A stretch of 64,000 nt of DNA from Tabrizicola sp. BL-A-41-H6 (GCF_050632395.1 NZ_CP192600.1:450424-514423), one strand, 5' to 3'. Shown: positions 45,301 to 56,342, counted from the first letter of the stretch. The notes: generated by a model not told the origin, from the sequence alone. Numbers and translations: made by a program.

Positions 45301-45362
45301 CCCCTTGGCCTTTCCGCGCCGCGATATCATATAAGGGGCCACACACCGACAAGAGGGCTGCC

Positions 45363-46265
45363 ATGCTGGGTCTCACTGACACACCGCAACCGCCAACCGA
45401 CCTGATCAAGGACGTCACCGAAGCCACCTTCATGGCCGATGTGATCGAGGCGTCGAAAACCATTCCCGTGATCGTCGATTTCTGGGCCACCTGGTGCGGC
45501 CCCTGCAAGACGCTCGGCCCGATGCTGGAAGCCGCGGTCAAGGGCGCTGGCGGCAAGGTCCGCATGGTCAAGGTCGATGTCGACAAGAACCAGCGCATCG
45601 CAGCGCAGTTGCAGATCCAGTCGATCCCCACCGTCTACGCCTTCTGGCAGGGCCAGCCGGTCGATGGCTTCCAGGGTGCGGTCCCCGGCTCCGAACTGAA
45701 AGCCTTCGTCGACCGCACCGCCGCCCTCGCCGGTGACGGCGGTCTGGCCGAGGCGCTGGAGGCTGCCGAGGCGATGCTTGCCGAAGGTGCCGTCGTCGAT
45801 GCCGCCGAAACCTTCGCCGCCATCCTTGGCGAAGAGCCGGAAAACGCCCAAGCCTACTCCGGCCTCGTGCGCACCCACATCGCCGCCGGCAGCCTTGATC
45901 AGGCCGAGGCGTTCCTTGCCGCCGCCCCCGCCGCCATCGCCAAGGCCAAAGAGCTTGACGCCGCCCGCGCCCAGATCGAACTGGCCAAACAGGCCGCCAA
46001 CGCCGGGCCAGAGGCTGACCTCCGCGCCCTCGTCACCGCCGATCCGGCCAATCATCAGGCCCGCTTCGACCTTGCCGCCGCGCTCCTCGCCGCTGGCAAA
46101 CCGCAAGAGGCCGTCGATGAACTTCTGGAAATCTTCCGCCGCGACCGCGAATGGAACCATGGCGCCGCCAAGACCCAGCTTTTCACCATCTTCGACGCGC
46201 TGAAACCGCAAGATCCCATCGTCCTGAACGGTCGCCGCCGCCTTTCGTCGATGATATTTGCCTGA
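45363..46265 (+). CDS. Thioredoxin-domain plus TPR co-chaperone (YbbN/CnoX-like)
   Basis: VIVDFWATWCGPCKTLGP followed by an Ala-rich TPR-like helical region. Confidence 0.9.
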   Translation: MLGLTDTPQPPTDLIKDVTEATFMADVIEASKTIPVIVDFWATWCGPCKTLGPMLEAAVKGAGGKVRMVKVDVDKNQRIAAQLQIQSIPTVYAFWQGQPVDGFQGAVPGSELKAFVDRTAALAGDGGLAEALEAAEAMLAEGAVVDAAETFAAILGEEPENAQAYSGLVRTHIAAGSLDQAEAFLAAAPAAIAKAKELDAARAQIELAKQAANAGPEADLRALVTADPANHQARFDLAAALLAAGKPQEAVDELLEIFRRDREWNHGAAKTQLFTIFDALKPQDPIVLNGRRRLSSMIFA

Positions 46266-46291
46266 TGGCCCATCCGGCCTAGGTCCATGCC

Positions 46292-46948
46292 ATGATAAAC
46301 GCCGCAGACCTGCCAGACACCATCCCCGTATTCCCGCTTCCGGGTGCACTCATGCTGCCCCGGACGCGGCTTCCCCTTCACATCTTCGAACCGCGTTACC
46401 TTGCGATGATCGAAGACGCGATGAAGACCAAGCATCGCCTGATCGGCATGATCCAGCCGCGCGAAACGCCGGTTTCCGAAAAGCGTGTCGGTGAAAAACG
46501 CCTGCAAGCCATCGGCTGTGGTGGCCGCCTGACCGGGTTCTCCGAAACCGAGGATGGGCGCTACATGATCACCCTCTCCGGCATCTCGCGCTTCCGCGTC
46601 CGCGAAGAGGTGCAGGGTTTCGCCCCCTACCGCCGCTGCCTCGTCGACTGGGCGCCCTTTGCCCGCGACCTCGGCCCGACCGAAGATGACAAGGGCTTCA
46701 AACGCCCCCAGTTCATGGACCTTCTGGGCCGCTACTTCACTGCGATGAACCTCTCCACCGACTGGGACGGCCTGAAAGAGGCCGAGCCGGAGCTTTTGAT
46801 CAACTCCCTCTCCATGCTCTGCCCCTTCTCGCCCGAAGACAAACAGGCGCTATTGGAGGCTCCAACCCTCGACACCCGACGCGAAACCCTCGTCACCCTC
46901 ATCGAATTCGCCCTCCGCGGCGGCGCTGATGAAGAGATCATGCAGTGA
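46292..46948 (+). CDS. Lon N-terminal (LON substrate-binding) domain protein
   Basis: [30 protein letters not shown]. Confidence 0.88.
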   Translation: MINAADLPDTIPVFPLPGALMLPRTRLPLHIFEPRYLAMIEDAMKTKHRLIGMIQPRETPVSEKRVGEKRLQAIGCGGRLTGFSETEDGRYMITLSGISRFRVREEVQGFAPYRRCLVDWAPFARDLGPTEDDKGFKRPQFMDLLGRYFTAMNLSTDWDGLKEAEPELLINSLSMLCPFSPEDKQALLEAPTLDTRRETLVTLIEFALRGGADEEIMQ

Positions 46949-47130
46949 CCGAAACCCCCGACAAAGCCGACCGCCGGATGCTGGAGGCGCTGGTCTGCCC
47001 CGTCACCCAAGCCGTCCTGACCTATGATGCCGAGCGTCAGGAGCTGGTCTCCAAAGCCGCCCACCTCGCCTTCCCGATCCGCGACGGCATCCCCGTGATG
47101 CTGGTCAGCGAGGCGCGCGAGGTGGAGTGA
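46945..47130 (+). CDS. Trm112/YcaR-family small protein (UPF0434)
   Basis: [47 protein letters not shown]. Confidence 0.88.
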   Translation: MTETPDKADRRMLEALVCPVTQAVLTYDAERQELVSKAAHLAFPIRDGIPVMLVSEAREVE

Positions 47131-47139
47131 GCGTCGCCT

Positions 47140-47745
47140 TCAACCCCGCCAGTCAACCCCCCAGTCAACCATGTGACTGCACCCCGAAAGAACGATGTTC
47201 CCCTCTCCTTCCTGCAGAGGGTAGGGGTAAAGACCGCTGTTCGGTCTGTGCGGGCCGAGTAGAACGTCATACCCGTTCAGCTTCCTGATGTATGAGCTTA
47301 TCGGTGTCCCAAAGGGATCACACGGATCTGTTCGCCCATTTGACCTGACGTAGATCTCAAGCGTTTCTGCGCCCAACAGATGGGCACCCGCCAGCATCCC
47401 GGAGGGTGTCAGCTGCACTCCTCCCACTTCGCTCCAGGCATAGCGGTCGATGTCGTGAAGTTCGATGTATCCCCACAGGATTACCATCCACTCCGCCATC
47501 GCACGGTCCTGCACGCTTTTGCTTGCAAGGAATTGGGCGGCGGATGTGATCCCATGCTTTCCGGTCCAGCCCCCACCATAATCATTATCGAAGGCATCGC
47601 CGTCATAGCGAACGAAGCCAAGGTCGGTCAGGGCGGCCTCGCCGAACTGAAAGGCACCCAGAAAATTGCGGCTGCTTACAGATCGATAATCACCGCCAGA
47701 TTGCATCATCTGCAAAGCCACAATGAATGCTGCCAAAGTATTCAT
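47140..47745 (-). CDS. Hypothetical protein in a lower-GC islet; N-terminus resembles a lysozyme-like/transglycosylase motif with Q in place of the usual E
   Basis: 201-aa ORF. QSGGDYRSVSSRNFLGAFQFGEAALTDLGF resembles the ESGGNY...GxYQFG...L.D.G pattern of phage/SLT-like muramidases. Assignment is weak. Confidence 0.5.
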   Translation of the reverse strand: MNTLAAFIVALQMMQSGGDYRSVSSRNFLGAFQFGEAALTDLGFVRYDGDAFDNDYGGGWTGKHGITSAAQFLASKSVQDRAMAEWMVILWGYIELHDIDRYAWSEVGGVQLTPSGMLAGAHLLGAETLEIYVRSNGRTDPCDPFGTPISSYIRKLNGYDVLLGPHRPNSGLYPYPLQEGEGNIVLSGCSHMVDWGVDWRG

Positions 47746-48201
47746 TCGCGCTCTCTTTGTGTTCTATCGCAAAGCGGCAAGTCTCTTGCGCAAGGGCGAC
47801 GCGTCCTGCGTCTTGAGGGCGCTGCCATTCTGACGGGCAGATTGATTGAATCTAGCCTTTGTCCCAGCAGAAGTTGCTTTTTGGCGTCGCGTGAGTGCCT
47901 CCGCCCAAAAGTTTTCGTCGACACTGCCTGTGTGCCCGATTCTACGCTTCGCGGCCTTGATTTCAATCAATCGAAGCGAGGCAAAGCGGTCAGAGCAACT
48001 GATTTTCGTGGGCGTTTGAAGCTCCTGCCAGCTCGTCTTTCCGGTATCCCGCAGTAACGCCCGAGAGAACCCGGCTCACGATTAAACTACGCTCAGGGAA
48101 GGGGCGGCTTCATCGCAATGGCTGGACCAAATCGCTGTTCTTAAACCTTCCCAAACCCTTAACGTCCACACCTAACCCCTTGTAATCCCACACTCTGCAC
48201 C

Positions 48202-48222
48202 CCTGTCCCACGGTGGGACAGG
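48202..48222. repeat. Perfect palindrome CCTGTCCCAC-G-GTGGGACAGG, copy 2 of 3
   Basis: Read directly. It ends 1 nt before the TGA stop (48224-48226) of the minus-strand ubiH-like gene. Confidence 0.9.
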
Positions 48223-48223
48223 C

Positions 48224-49450
48224 TCACAACGCCTTCCCCTCCAGCAGCCTCGGCACCACCCCCGTCAGCCCCGCCGCCTGCCGGATGAACCGACGCCTCA
48301 GCCACGGCGTCGCCCCCACGATCCCCAGCCCCAGATCCCGCCCCAGCCGCAGGATCGGGTTGTCATTGGAAAACACCCGGTTTACCGCATCCATCCCCAA
48401 AGCCAGCGCCGTCGCATCGAACCGCCGCCACCGCTGATACCCCTCCAGCACCGTCAGCGCCCCGATATCCTCGCCCCGCCGCGCCGCATCGGTCAGCACC
48501 TCCGCCAAGGCCCCCACATCCCGCAGCCCAAGGTTCAGCCCCTGCCCGGCAATCGGGTGCACCCCATGCGCCGCATCGCCCACCAAGGCCACCCGCGGCC
48601 CCACGAACCGCTCCGCCAAGGACAGCGACAGGGGATAGGTGAACCGCGCCCCCGCCAGCGAGATCTCGCCAAGAAAATCCCCGAACCGTGGCCGCAAAGC
48701 CTCCAGATACTCCGCATCCGGCAGCGCCTGGATCGCCGCCGCCGCCGCCTCCGTCTCGCTCCACACGATGCTGGAATGATGCCCGCCCTTCAGCGGCAAG
48801 ATCGCCAGCGGACCCGACGGCATAAAGAACTGGTGCGCGATCCCCCGGTGGTCGCGCTCATGCGCAATCGCCGTCACCAGCGCGGTCTGCCCATAGCCCC
48901 ATCCGGCCCGCGCAATCCCCGCCCGCGCCGCCACGCCCGACCCGCGCCCATCGCACCCGACCAGCAGCTTCGCTCGCAACACCCGGCCCGAGGCCAGCGT
49001 CACCGCCACGCCCTCCGCCGTCACCTCTTGCCCAACCACCGTCTCGCCCGACATCAGCGTCACCGAAGATGCCGCCATCGCCTCAAGGAACGCCGCATAC
49101 AGGAACCGATCCTCCAGCATGAAGCCCATCGGGCCTTCTTCGATCTCGGCATGATCGAAGGTCAGGAAAAACGGCGATGCCCCCATCCCCGCCAACCCGT
49201 CCGAGGCCTTGATCTGCAGGATCGGTTGCGCCTTGTCGGCCACCGATGGCCAGACGCCTATCGCCGTCAGCAGCCGCTTCGACGCGATGGCCAGCGCATA
49301 GGCCCGCCCGTCGAACCCCGCTTCGGCCCGCGCGGGCGCAGGGCGGGCGTCGACCACCACCACCTTGAACCCGGCCCCCGCCAGCGCCAATGCCAAAGCA
49401 GGCCCGTTCAGCCCGCCGCCTGCAATCACGATATTCGCGTCCTGTGTCAT
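48224..49450 (-). CDS. UbiH/UbiF/VisC/COQ6-family FAD-dependent ubiquinone-biosynthesis hydroxylase
   Basis: MTQDANIVIAGGGLNGPALALALAGAGFKVVVVD...LVGDAAHGVHPIAGQGLNLGLRD. Start at ATG 49450. Confidence 0.9.
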   Translation of the reverse strand: MTQDANIVIAGGGLNGPALALALAGAGFKVVVVDARPAPARAEAGFDGRAYALAIASKRLLTAIGVWPSVADKAQPILQIKASDGLAGMGASPFFLTFDHAEIEEGPMGFMLEDRFLYAAFLEAMAASSVTLMSGETVVGQEVTAEGVAVTLASGRVLRAKLLVGCDGRGSGVAARAGIARAGWGYGQTALVTAIAHERDHRGIAHQFFMPSGPLAILPLKGGHHSSIVWSETEAAAAAIQALPDAEYLEALRPRFGDFLGEISLAGARFTYPLSLSLAERFVGPRVALVGDAAHGVHPIAGQGLNLGLRDVGALAEVLTDAARRGEDIGALTVLEGYQRWRRFDATALALGMDAVNRVFSNDNPILRLGRDLGLGIVGATPWLRRRFIRQAAGLTGVVPRLLEGKAL

Positions 49451-49529
49451 GCCCTCAGATATGCCTTCCCGCGCGGGATTGTCCATGCGCCCGCCTGCCG
49501 CTACCCTCGCTGCCAAATGGGGGAATGAC

Positions 49530-50861
49530 ATGAGCGGCACCTGGGCACACATGACGGCTGCGGAACTTGGCCGCGAAATCGGCGCAGGCCGTATCCACCC
49601 CGTCGAACTGGTCGAGGCGATGCTGGACGCCATCGACACCCACCCCCTCGCCCCCCGCATTTACGCCCGCACCACCCCTGACCGCGCACGGGCCGAGGCG
49701 ATGGCCGCTGCCGGCCGCGCCAAATCCGGCCTGCGCCGGGGCGTGCTCGACGGCGTGCCGATCAGCTGGAAAGACCTTTTCGACACTGCCGGCATCGCCA
49801 CCGAGGCAGGCTCGGCCCTCCTCAAGGGCCGCACCCCCAACCGCGATGCGGCCGTCCTTGAAACCGCCACCCATGCGGGCCTCGTCTGCCTCGGCAAGAC
49901 GCACATGGCGGAACTGGCCTTCTCCGGCCTTGGCCTCAACCCGGTCACCGCCACGCCGCCCTGCCTGAACGACGACCGCGCGGTGCCGGGTGGCTCGTCC
50001 TCTGGCGCTGCCGCCTCGGTTGCCTTCGGGCTTGCCCCTGCGGCAATCGGGTCCGACACCGGCGGTTCGGTCCGCATACCCGCCGCGTGGAACGACCTTG
50101 TCGGCCTGAAAACCACGACTGGCAGCCTGCCGCTGACCGGCACTGTGCCCCTATGCGAAAGGTTCGACACCATCGGCCCGCTCGCCCACTCGGTCGAGGA
50201 TTGCAACCTCCTTCTCGCCGCCCTGCATGGCCGCAAGCCCGCCGATCTTGCCGGGGCCAGCCTTGCCGGAACCCGCCTTGCGGTGCTGGAAACCGTGGCA
50301 CTCGATGGCATCCGCGACCGTCCCGCCAAGGGCTTCGACGATGCCACCCAGCGCCTTGCCCGCGCCGGTGCGCAGATCGACCGCATCGTCGTGCCCGAAG
50401 TGGCCGAGGCGCTTGCGCTTGCGGTCACCCTCGTCACCGCCGAGGCTTATGGGATTTGGCGCGAAACCATTGAACGTGCTCCGGAAAAGATGTTCCCGCG
50501 TATCCTTGAACGGTTCCGCTCCGGCGCGCAGTTCACCGCGATGGATTATGTCGCCGGATGGCGTCGCCTGCACCAGTTGCGCGCGATCTGGGCCGAGAAA
50601 ACCGCCCAGTATGACGCGGTGATCCTGCCCACTTCACCGATCCTGCCGCCGGATGCGAACCGGTTGATGACGGACAATGACTACTACGTCACCGAAAACC
50701 TGCTTGCCCTGCGCAACACCCGCATCGGCAACATGCTGGATCTTTGCGTGCTGACGCTGCCCACCTCGCAACCGTCTTGCGGCATCAGCTTCATGGAGGC
50801 GCCGGGGCAGGAAAACCGCCTGCTTCGGCTCGGGTCGGCGGCAGAGCTGGCGCTGCGCTGA
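49530..50861 (+). CDS. Amidase-signature family protein
   Basis: GVPISWKDLFDTAG...PGGSSSGAAASVAFGLAPAAIGSDTGGSVRIPAAWN. Start at ATG 49530 (GGGGGAA upstream). Confidence 0.87.
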   Translation: MSGTWAHMTAAELGREIGAGRIHPVELVEAMLDAIDTHPLAPRIYARTTPDRARAEAMAAAGRAKSGLRRGVLDGVPISWKDLFDTAGIATEAGSALLKGRTPNRDAAVLETATHAGLVCLGKTHMAELAFSGLGLNPVTATPPCLNDDRAVPGGSSSGAAASVAFGLAPAAIGSDTGGSVRIPAAWNDLVGLKTTTGSLPLTGTVPLCERFDTIGPLAHSVEDCNLLLAALHGRKPADLAGASLAGTRLAVLETVALDGIRDRPAKGFDDATQRLARAGAQIDRIVVPEVAEALALAVTLVTAEAYGIWRETIERAPEKMFPRILERFRSGAQFTAMDYVAGWRRLHQLRAIWAEKTAQYDAVILPTSPILPPDANRLMTDNDYYVTENLLALRNTRIGNMLDLCVLTLPTSQPSCGISFMEAPGQENRLLRLGSAAELALR

Positions 50862-51083
50862 AGCGCCAAAGGGCCGCTGTCCGGGTGGTAGCGGCGCGGC
50901 CCGATTTGTGGGCGTGTCAATCGGGGCAGAAGCACCAGCGTACCTTCCCGCCGCTTCCGGGGCCAAAAAGCCACAACCCCGCCGCCCAACCCACTCAGCC
51001 CGATGGGTTTTTCTGGACCCGCGCGCCGTCTCTGGCTATCGTCCGTCCAAACGGGGCGTTACGACCCCGAAATTGAGGCAGTA

Positions 51084-52271
51084 ATGGCGTTTCCTGAGCG
51101 GTTTTCGAACCTGCCAGACTATGCGTTTCCGCGTCTGCGGAAGCTTCTTGACGCGCACCCTCCGGGTGGCGAACCCATTGCCATGACCATTGGCGAGCCG
51201 CGCCATCCGATGCCGGATTTCGTCGGACCGATCCTTGCGGCCAACCTTTCGGGTTTTGCCGTCTACCCGCCAAACGACGGCACGCCCGCACTTCTGACGG
51301 CGATCACAGGATGGATAGCCCGGCGCTACGGCGCGACCCTCCAGCCCGATCAGATCATGGCCCTGAACGGCACCCGAGAAGGCCTCTTCAACGCGGCCGT
51401 AGCACTTTGCCCCGAAACCAAGGCCGGGGAAAAGCCGGTCATCCTGATGCCGAACCCGTTCTATCAGGTCTACGCCGTCGCCGCGCTGACCGTGGGGGCC
51501 GAACCCGTCTACGTCCCGGCCACCGCCGCGACCGGCTTCCTGCCCGATTACGGCTCCCTCCCGAAAGACATTTTAGACCGCACCGCCATCGCCTACATCT
51601 GCTCGCCCGCGAACCCGCAAGGCGCGGTGGCCAGCGCCGATTACCTCGCCGATCTGCTGGCCTTGGCCGAAAAGCACGATTTCCGCGTCTTCGCCGACGA
51701 ATGTTATTCCGAGATCTGGCGTGACACGCCACCCACCGGCCTTCTGACCGTGGCGAAAAACACAGGCGCGGACCCCGAGCGGGCGCTGGTGTTCCACTCG
51801 CTCTCCAAACGCTCCAACCTCCCCGGCCTGCGCTCCGGCTTCGTCGCGGGCGGCCTGCAAAGCATTGCCGAGATCCGCAAGCTCCGCTCCTTCGCCGGTG
51901 CGCCCCTGCCCCTGCCGATCCAGCGCGTGTCCGAAGCGGCTTGGGCCGACGAGGCACACGTCGACGCCTCCCGCGCGCTTTATCAGGAAAAGTTCCACCT
52001 CGCCGATCAGATCTTTGCCGGGATGCAGGGCTACCAGCCTCCCGGCGGTGGCTTTTTCCTCTGGCTGCCGGTCGAGGATGGCGAGACCGCCGCGCTCAGG
52101 CTCTGGCGCGAAACGGGCGTCCGGGTGTTGCCCGGATCGTATCTTTCACGCGATGCCGGGGGCCAGAACCCCGGCAAAGGTTACATCAGGGTCGCCCTCG
52201 TGGCCCCAAAAGAAGAAACGCAGCGCGGGCTGACACAGCTTCGCGACTGCCTCTACGGTCAAGGGACGTAA
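51084..52271 (+). CDS. Class I/II PLP-dependent aminotransferase (DapC-like)
   Basis: MAFPERFSNLPDYAFPRLRKLL...NPQGAV...HSLSKRSNLPGLRSGF (PLP lysine). Confidence 0.86.
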   Translation: MAFPERFSNLPDYAFPRLRKLLDAHPPGGEPIAMTIGEPRHPMPDFVGPILAANLSGFAVYPPNDGTPALLTAITGWIARRYGATLQPDQIMALNGTREGLFNAAVALCPETKAGEKPVILMPNPFYQVYAVAALTVGAEPVYVPATAATGFLPDYGSLPKDILDRTAIAYICSPANPQGAVASADYLADLLALAEKHDFRVFADECYSEIWRDTPPTGLLTVAKNTGADPERALVFHSLSKRSNLPGLRSGFVAGGLQSIAEIRKLRSFAGAPLPLPIQRVSEAAWADEAHVDASRALYQEKFHLADQIFAGMQGYQPPGGGFFLWLPVEDGETAALRLWRETGVRVLPGSYLSRDAGGQNPGKGYIRVALVAPKEETQRGLTQLRDCLYGQGT

Positions 52272-52274
52272 AGA

Positions 52275-55088
52275 ATGGCATCTTATCAGGCACGGCAGCG
52301 CGATCCGCTTCTGGACCAGACCACCCAAGCGATGCTTGAACGCCGGGGACGCGAGCTGTTGGGCATCGCGCTTCTTCTGGTCGGTTTTGCCTTCGTGCTG
52401 GCCTTGGGCAGCTATTCGCCTGACGATCCCGGCTGGATGGTCGCCACCGAAGAACCGGCGCAGAACCTGCTTGGCCGCCTTGGCGCGTCCATCGCTTCGA
52501 CGTTGATCATCATCATCGGCCTTGGCGCCTGGGCGATCCCAACGATCCTCGCGGTCTGGGGTGGTCGGTTCGTGCTGCACCGTGGCGGCGAACGCGCCGT
52601 CAGCCGCGTGGTCTTTGCCGTCATCGCCATCGCCCTCGCCTCGGTCTACGCCGCAACCCTCGTGCCCGGCGCCGACTGGCCGCATTCCTTCGGCCTTGGC
52701 GGGCTCTTTGGCGACACCGTCCTTGGCTCGCTCCTTGGTGTGATGCCCGGCAGCGCCGGTTTCGGCCTGAAACTCCTGTCGCTTTGCGCCTTTGCCGCCG
52801 TCCTCGCCATGCTCCTCTACGTCACCGGCTTCGATATGGCGGAACTCAAGGCGATCTGGCGCTTCCTGTTGGTCGGCTCCGTCGTGGTCTATTCCGCGCT
52901 TCGCACCGCCGTCGGCCTTGGCGCGCGCAGTGCCGTGATTGGCGCCGCCCGCCTTCAAGATCGCGCCCGCAGCCGCGCCCTTGCCGAACCGCCGGTCACC
53001 CCGGCACCGGGCCGCCCGCTTGCCGCCCGGACCACGATGGCCCCCGAACCCCTGCGCGCCGGGTCCGCATGGAACGCGCCCGCCACCCTGCGCGCCGAAC
53101 CGCGCCATTTCGCACCGCCCGCCGATCTGCCCAAGGAAAAGCTGGGCTTCCTCGCCCGGATGCGCCGCGCGGTCGATCCCGAACCGGAACTGATCGAGCC
53201 GCAACTGGCCGACAGCGCCTGGTCCGCCGACCTTCCGTCAGAAGACCGCATCAAGGCCCGCATCTCCGACGTGATCCGCAACCGCGTGCAGCGCAGCCCC
53301 GAACCCGTGCGCTTCGATGCCGCCCGGATGGAGCCGCCGGTGCTGCGTGCGCCCCGCGCCGAACCCCCTGTCACCGCGCGCATCCCCGAACCCGCCCCCG
53401 CCATCGACGACTGGCAGGACGACACCCTTGAAGACACTGCTTGGGACGACGCCGAAGACCTGCCGCAGCGCAGCCTTCACGCCGACCGCCGCCCCGTGGT
53501 GCAACAAACCACCCGCAAGGCCGCCCCGTCGCGTCAGGCGCTGGCCGAAACCCAGCCCGCGCTGCGCTTTGACGATCAGCCCCCGGCCTACGAACTGCCG
53601 CCGCTTGGCCTGTTGTCGAACCCCGCCACCCTCCAGCGCACCCAGCTTTCCAACGAGGCGCTGGAAGAAAACGCGCGCATGCTGGAATCCGTCCTCGACG
53701 ATTACGGCGTGAAGGGAGAGATCACCTCCGTCCGCCCCGGCCCGGTCGTCACCATGTACGAACTGGAACCCGCGCCCGGCCTGAAAGCCAGCCGTGTAAT
53801 CGGCCTTGCCGACGATATCGCCCGCTCGATGTCGGCCCTGTCCGCCCGCGTCTCCACCGTGCCGGGCCGCACCGTCATAGGCATCGAACTCCCGAATGCC
53901 GTGCGCGAAAAGGTCGTCTTGAAGGAAATCCTCTCCGCTCGTGATTTTGGCGACAGCCAGATGCGCCTGCCGCTTGCCTTGGGCAAGGACATCTTCGGTG
54001 ATCCCATCGTCGCCAACCTTGCGAAAATGCCCCACCTTCTGATTGCCGGCACCACCGGCTCGGGCAAATCCGTCGCGATCAACACGATGATCCTGTCGCT
54101 GCTGTATAAACTCAGCCCCGAAGAATGCCGGATGATCATGATCGACCCCAAGATGCTGGAACTCAGCGTCTACGACGGCATCCCGCACCTTCTGTCGCCC
54201 GTCGTCACCGACCCGAAGAAGGCCGTCGTCGCCCTGAAATGGGTCGTGGGCGAGATGGAGGAGCGTTACCGCAAGATGTCCAAGATGGGCGTGCGCAACA
54301 TCGAAGGCTACAACGGCCGCGTCCGCGAAGCCCTTGCCAAGCACGAGATGTTCAAGCGCACCATCCAGACCGGGTTTGACGAGGAAACCGGCGACCCCAT
54401 CTTCGAGACCGAGGAATTCCAGCCCGTCACCATCCCCTACATCGTGGTGATCGTGGACGAGATGGCCGACCTGATGATGGTCGCCGGCAAGGAAATCGAA
54501 GCCTGCATCCAGCGCCTTGCCCAGATGGCCCGCGCCTCGGGCATCCACCTCATCATGGCCACGCAGCGACCGTCCGTCGACGTGATCACCGGCACGATCA
54601 AGGCCAACTTCCCGACCCGGATTTCCTTCCAGGTCACGTCAAAGATCGACAGCCGCACCATCCTTGGCGAACAGGGCGCCGAACAACTCCTTGGCATGGG
54701 CGACATGCTCTACATGGGCAACGGCGCCCGCATCACCCGCATCCACGGCCCCTTCGTATCCGACGAAGAGGTCGAGGAAATCGTCAACCACCTCAAGAGC
54801 TACGGCCCGCCGGTCTACATGTCCGGCGTCGTCGAAAGCGCCGATGACGAGCGTGATAACGAGATCGACCTTGTTCTGGGCCTCGGCAGCGAGGGCGACG
54901 ACACGCTTTACGATCAGGCTGTCGCAATCGTCGCCAAAGACCGCAAGTGCTCGACCAGCTACATCCAGCGCAAGCTTGGCATCGGCTACAACAAGGCCGC
55001 AAGGCTGGTGGAGCAGATGGAAGATCAGGGCGTGGTCACAAAGGCGAACCACGTGGGCAAGCGGGAGATTTTGGTAGAGGAGCGGTGA
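52275..55088 (+). CDS. ftsK: DNA translocase FtsK
   Basis: N-terminal TM helices, a Pro-rich linker, motor [20 protein letters not shown]...[12 protein letters not shown]...[12 protein letters not shown], and a C-terminal gamma wHTH. Confidence 0.96.
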   Translation: MASYQARQRDPLLDQTTQAMLERRGRELLGIALLLVGFAFVLALGSYSPDDPGWMVATEEPAQNLLGRLGASIASTLIIIIGLGAWAIPTILAVWGGRFVLHRGGERAVSRVVFAVIAIALASVYAATLVPGADWPHSFGLGGLFGDTVLGSLLGVMPGSAGFGLKLLSLCAFAAVLAMLLYVTGFDMAELKAIWRFLLVGSVVVYSALRTAVGLGARSAVIGAARLQDRARSRALAEPPVTPAPGRPLAARTTMAPEPLRAGSAWNAPATLRAEPRHFAPPADLPKEKLGFLARMRRAVDPEPELIEPQLADSAWSADLPSEDRIKARISDVIRNRVQRSPEPVRFDAARMEPPVLRAPRAEPPVTARIPEPAPAIDDWQDDTLEDTAWDDAEDLPQRSLHADRRPVVQQTTRKAAPSRQALAETQPALRFDDQPPAYELPPLGLLSNPATLQRTQLSNEALEENARMLESVLDDYGVKGEITSVRPGPVVTMYELEPAPGLKASRVIGLADDIARSMSALSARVSTVPGRTVIGIELPNAVREKVVLKEILSARDFGDSQMRLPLALGKDIFGDPIVANLAKMPHLLIAGTTGSGKSVAINTMILSLLYKLSPEECRMIMIDPKMLELSVYDGIPHLLSPVVTDPKKAVVALKWVVGEMEERYRKMSKMGVRNIEGYNGRVREALAKHEMFKRTIQTGFDEETGDPIFETEEFQPVTIPYIVVIVDEMADLMMVAGKEIEACIQRLAQMARASGIHLIMATQRPSVDVITGTIKANFPTRISFQVTSKIDSRTILGEQGAEQLLGMGDMLYMGNGARITRIHGPFVSDEEVEEIVNHLKSYGPPVYMSGVVESADDERDNEIDLVLGLGSEGDDTLYDQAVAIVAKDRKCSTSYIQRKLGIGYNKAARLVEQMEDQGVVTKANHVGKREILVEER

Positions 55089-55356
55089 GGAGCCACCACT
55101 TGAGGGACAAAAGCCTGCACGCCAATTGTGCGTCTCCCCAACGTGCCGCATTTCGCGCCCAAGATCCCACTTTCGAATAGTCAGCTGAGATCAGGGCGCG
55201 GCTGCCTGCCACCCTGTTGCCCTCCACCTTGCGGCCCCGGGCAATCGGGCAGAGTGACTGTCCACTGGACAGTCCCGTTCCAGCCCTTCGGCGCCTGAAC
55301 GGCCTAACATAGCGTTAAAGTCGATTTTTCATCAAATGAAATCAATGGCTTGAAAA

Positions 55357-55375
55357 GTGTCCCACGGTGGGACAC
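55357..55375. repeat. Perfect palindrome GTGTCCCAC-G-GTGGGACAC, copy 3 of 3
   Basis: Read directly. It abuts the TGA stop (55376-55378) of the minus-strand channel gene. On the minus strand it is followed by TTTTCAAG. Confidence 0.9.
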
Positions 55376-55813
55376 TCACCTTCGCCGCGTCTCAAGCTGG
55401 GCCAGCCGCACCTGCCGCAAGGCCTCGACCAGAAGGGCCGTCAACAGGCCAAAACTCAAGAACCCATTGACCGAGGCCATCGCCGCAAAGATCCGCAGCT
55501 CCTTCGGTGGCACCACATCCCCCAGCCCCAGCGTCGAAAATGCGACCAGCGAAAAATACATCGACTCCTCCAGCGTGGCAAACGCCCCCAGCTGAAACAG
55601 CGCCCACGCCCAGATCCAGACCGCCACCGTGATCAAGGCCAGCACCCACACCCCCACTCCGATCAGCAACAGCAGCAGCTTCGGCCGCTGCGGCGGTGCG
55701 ATCAGCCAAGGGTGCGCCCGCTGGAACACCGCCTCCAGCAAGAACGCCCCCACCGCGGCCACCGTGATGTTGGCCAGCAGCACCCCCGTCCCCAACACGA
55801 TCTGGATCAGCAT
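55376..55813 (-). CDS. Minimal ion-channel protein (Ion_trans_2-like pore, no cytoplasmic domain)
   Basis: Pore helix plus filter [18 protein letters not shown] flanked by TM helices. Start at ATG 55813. Confidence 0.78.
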   Translation of the reverse strand: MLIQIVLGTGVLLANITVAAVGAFLLEAVFQRAHPWLIAPPQRPKLLLLLIGVGVWVLALITVAVWIWAWALFQLGAFATLEESMYFSLVAFSTLGLGDVVPPKELRIFAAMASVNGFLSFGLLTALLVEALRQVRLAQLETRRR

Positions 55814-55862
55814 GTCATCCCTTCTGGACACAGGGCTCCCGCGTCCTTATCTGACATCCATC

Positions 55863-56342
55863 ATGGTCGAAAAATCCGATCCCAATTCGAAACTTATCGC
55901 AGAAAACCGCCGGGCGCGCTTTGATTATCACATCGAGGCCGATCTGGAGGCTGGCATTATGCTGCTTGGGTCCGAGGTGAAAAGCCTGCGTCAGGGCGGT
56001 TCCAACATCGCTGAAAGCTACGCGTCCGTCGAGGGGGGGGAGCTGTGGCTGATCAACGGCTACATCGCGCCTTACCTGCAGGCCAAGACTTGGGGCCACG
56101 AGGAACGCCGCCGCCGCAAGCTTCTGGTTTCGCGCAAGGAACTCAGCCGCCTCTGGAACGCCGTCGGACGCGAAGGCATGACCATCGTGCCGATGAAGAT
56201 GTACTTCAACGACAAGGGCATCGTGAAGCTGAAGCTGGGAATAGCCAAGGGCAAGAAGCTTGCCGACAAGCGCGAGACCAGCGCCAAGCGCGACTGGGAT
56301 CGCCAGAAAGCGCGGCTTATGAAGCAGAACAACCAGAACTAA
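55863..56342 (+). CDS. smpB: SsrA-binding protein
   Basis: [33 protein letters not shown]...[12 protein letters not shown]...GKKLADKRE. Confidence 0.95.
   Translation: MVEKSDPNSKLIAENRRARFDYHIEADLEAGIMLLGSEVKSLRQGGSNIAESYASVEGGELWLINGYIAPYLQAKTWGHEERRRRKLLVSRKELSRLWNAVGREGMTIVPMKMYFNDKGIVKLKLGIAKGKKLADKRETSAKRDWDRQKARLMKQNNQN

Noticed and set aside
47742-47970. Two overlapping small minus-strand ORFs (68 and 74 aa) upstream of the 201-aa islet gene.
   Set aside because: They have alternative start codons, conflicting frames and no motifs. They are mentioned only in the islet finding.
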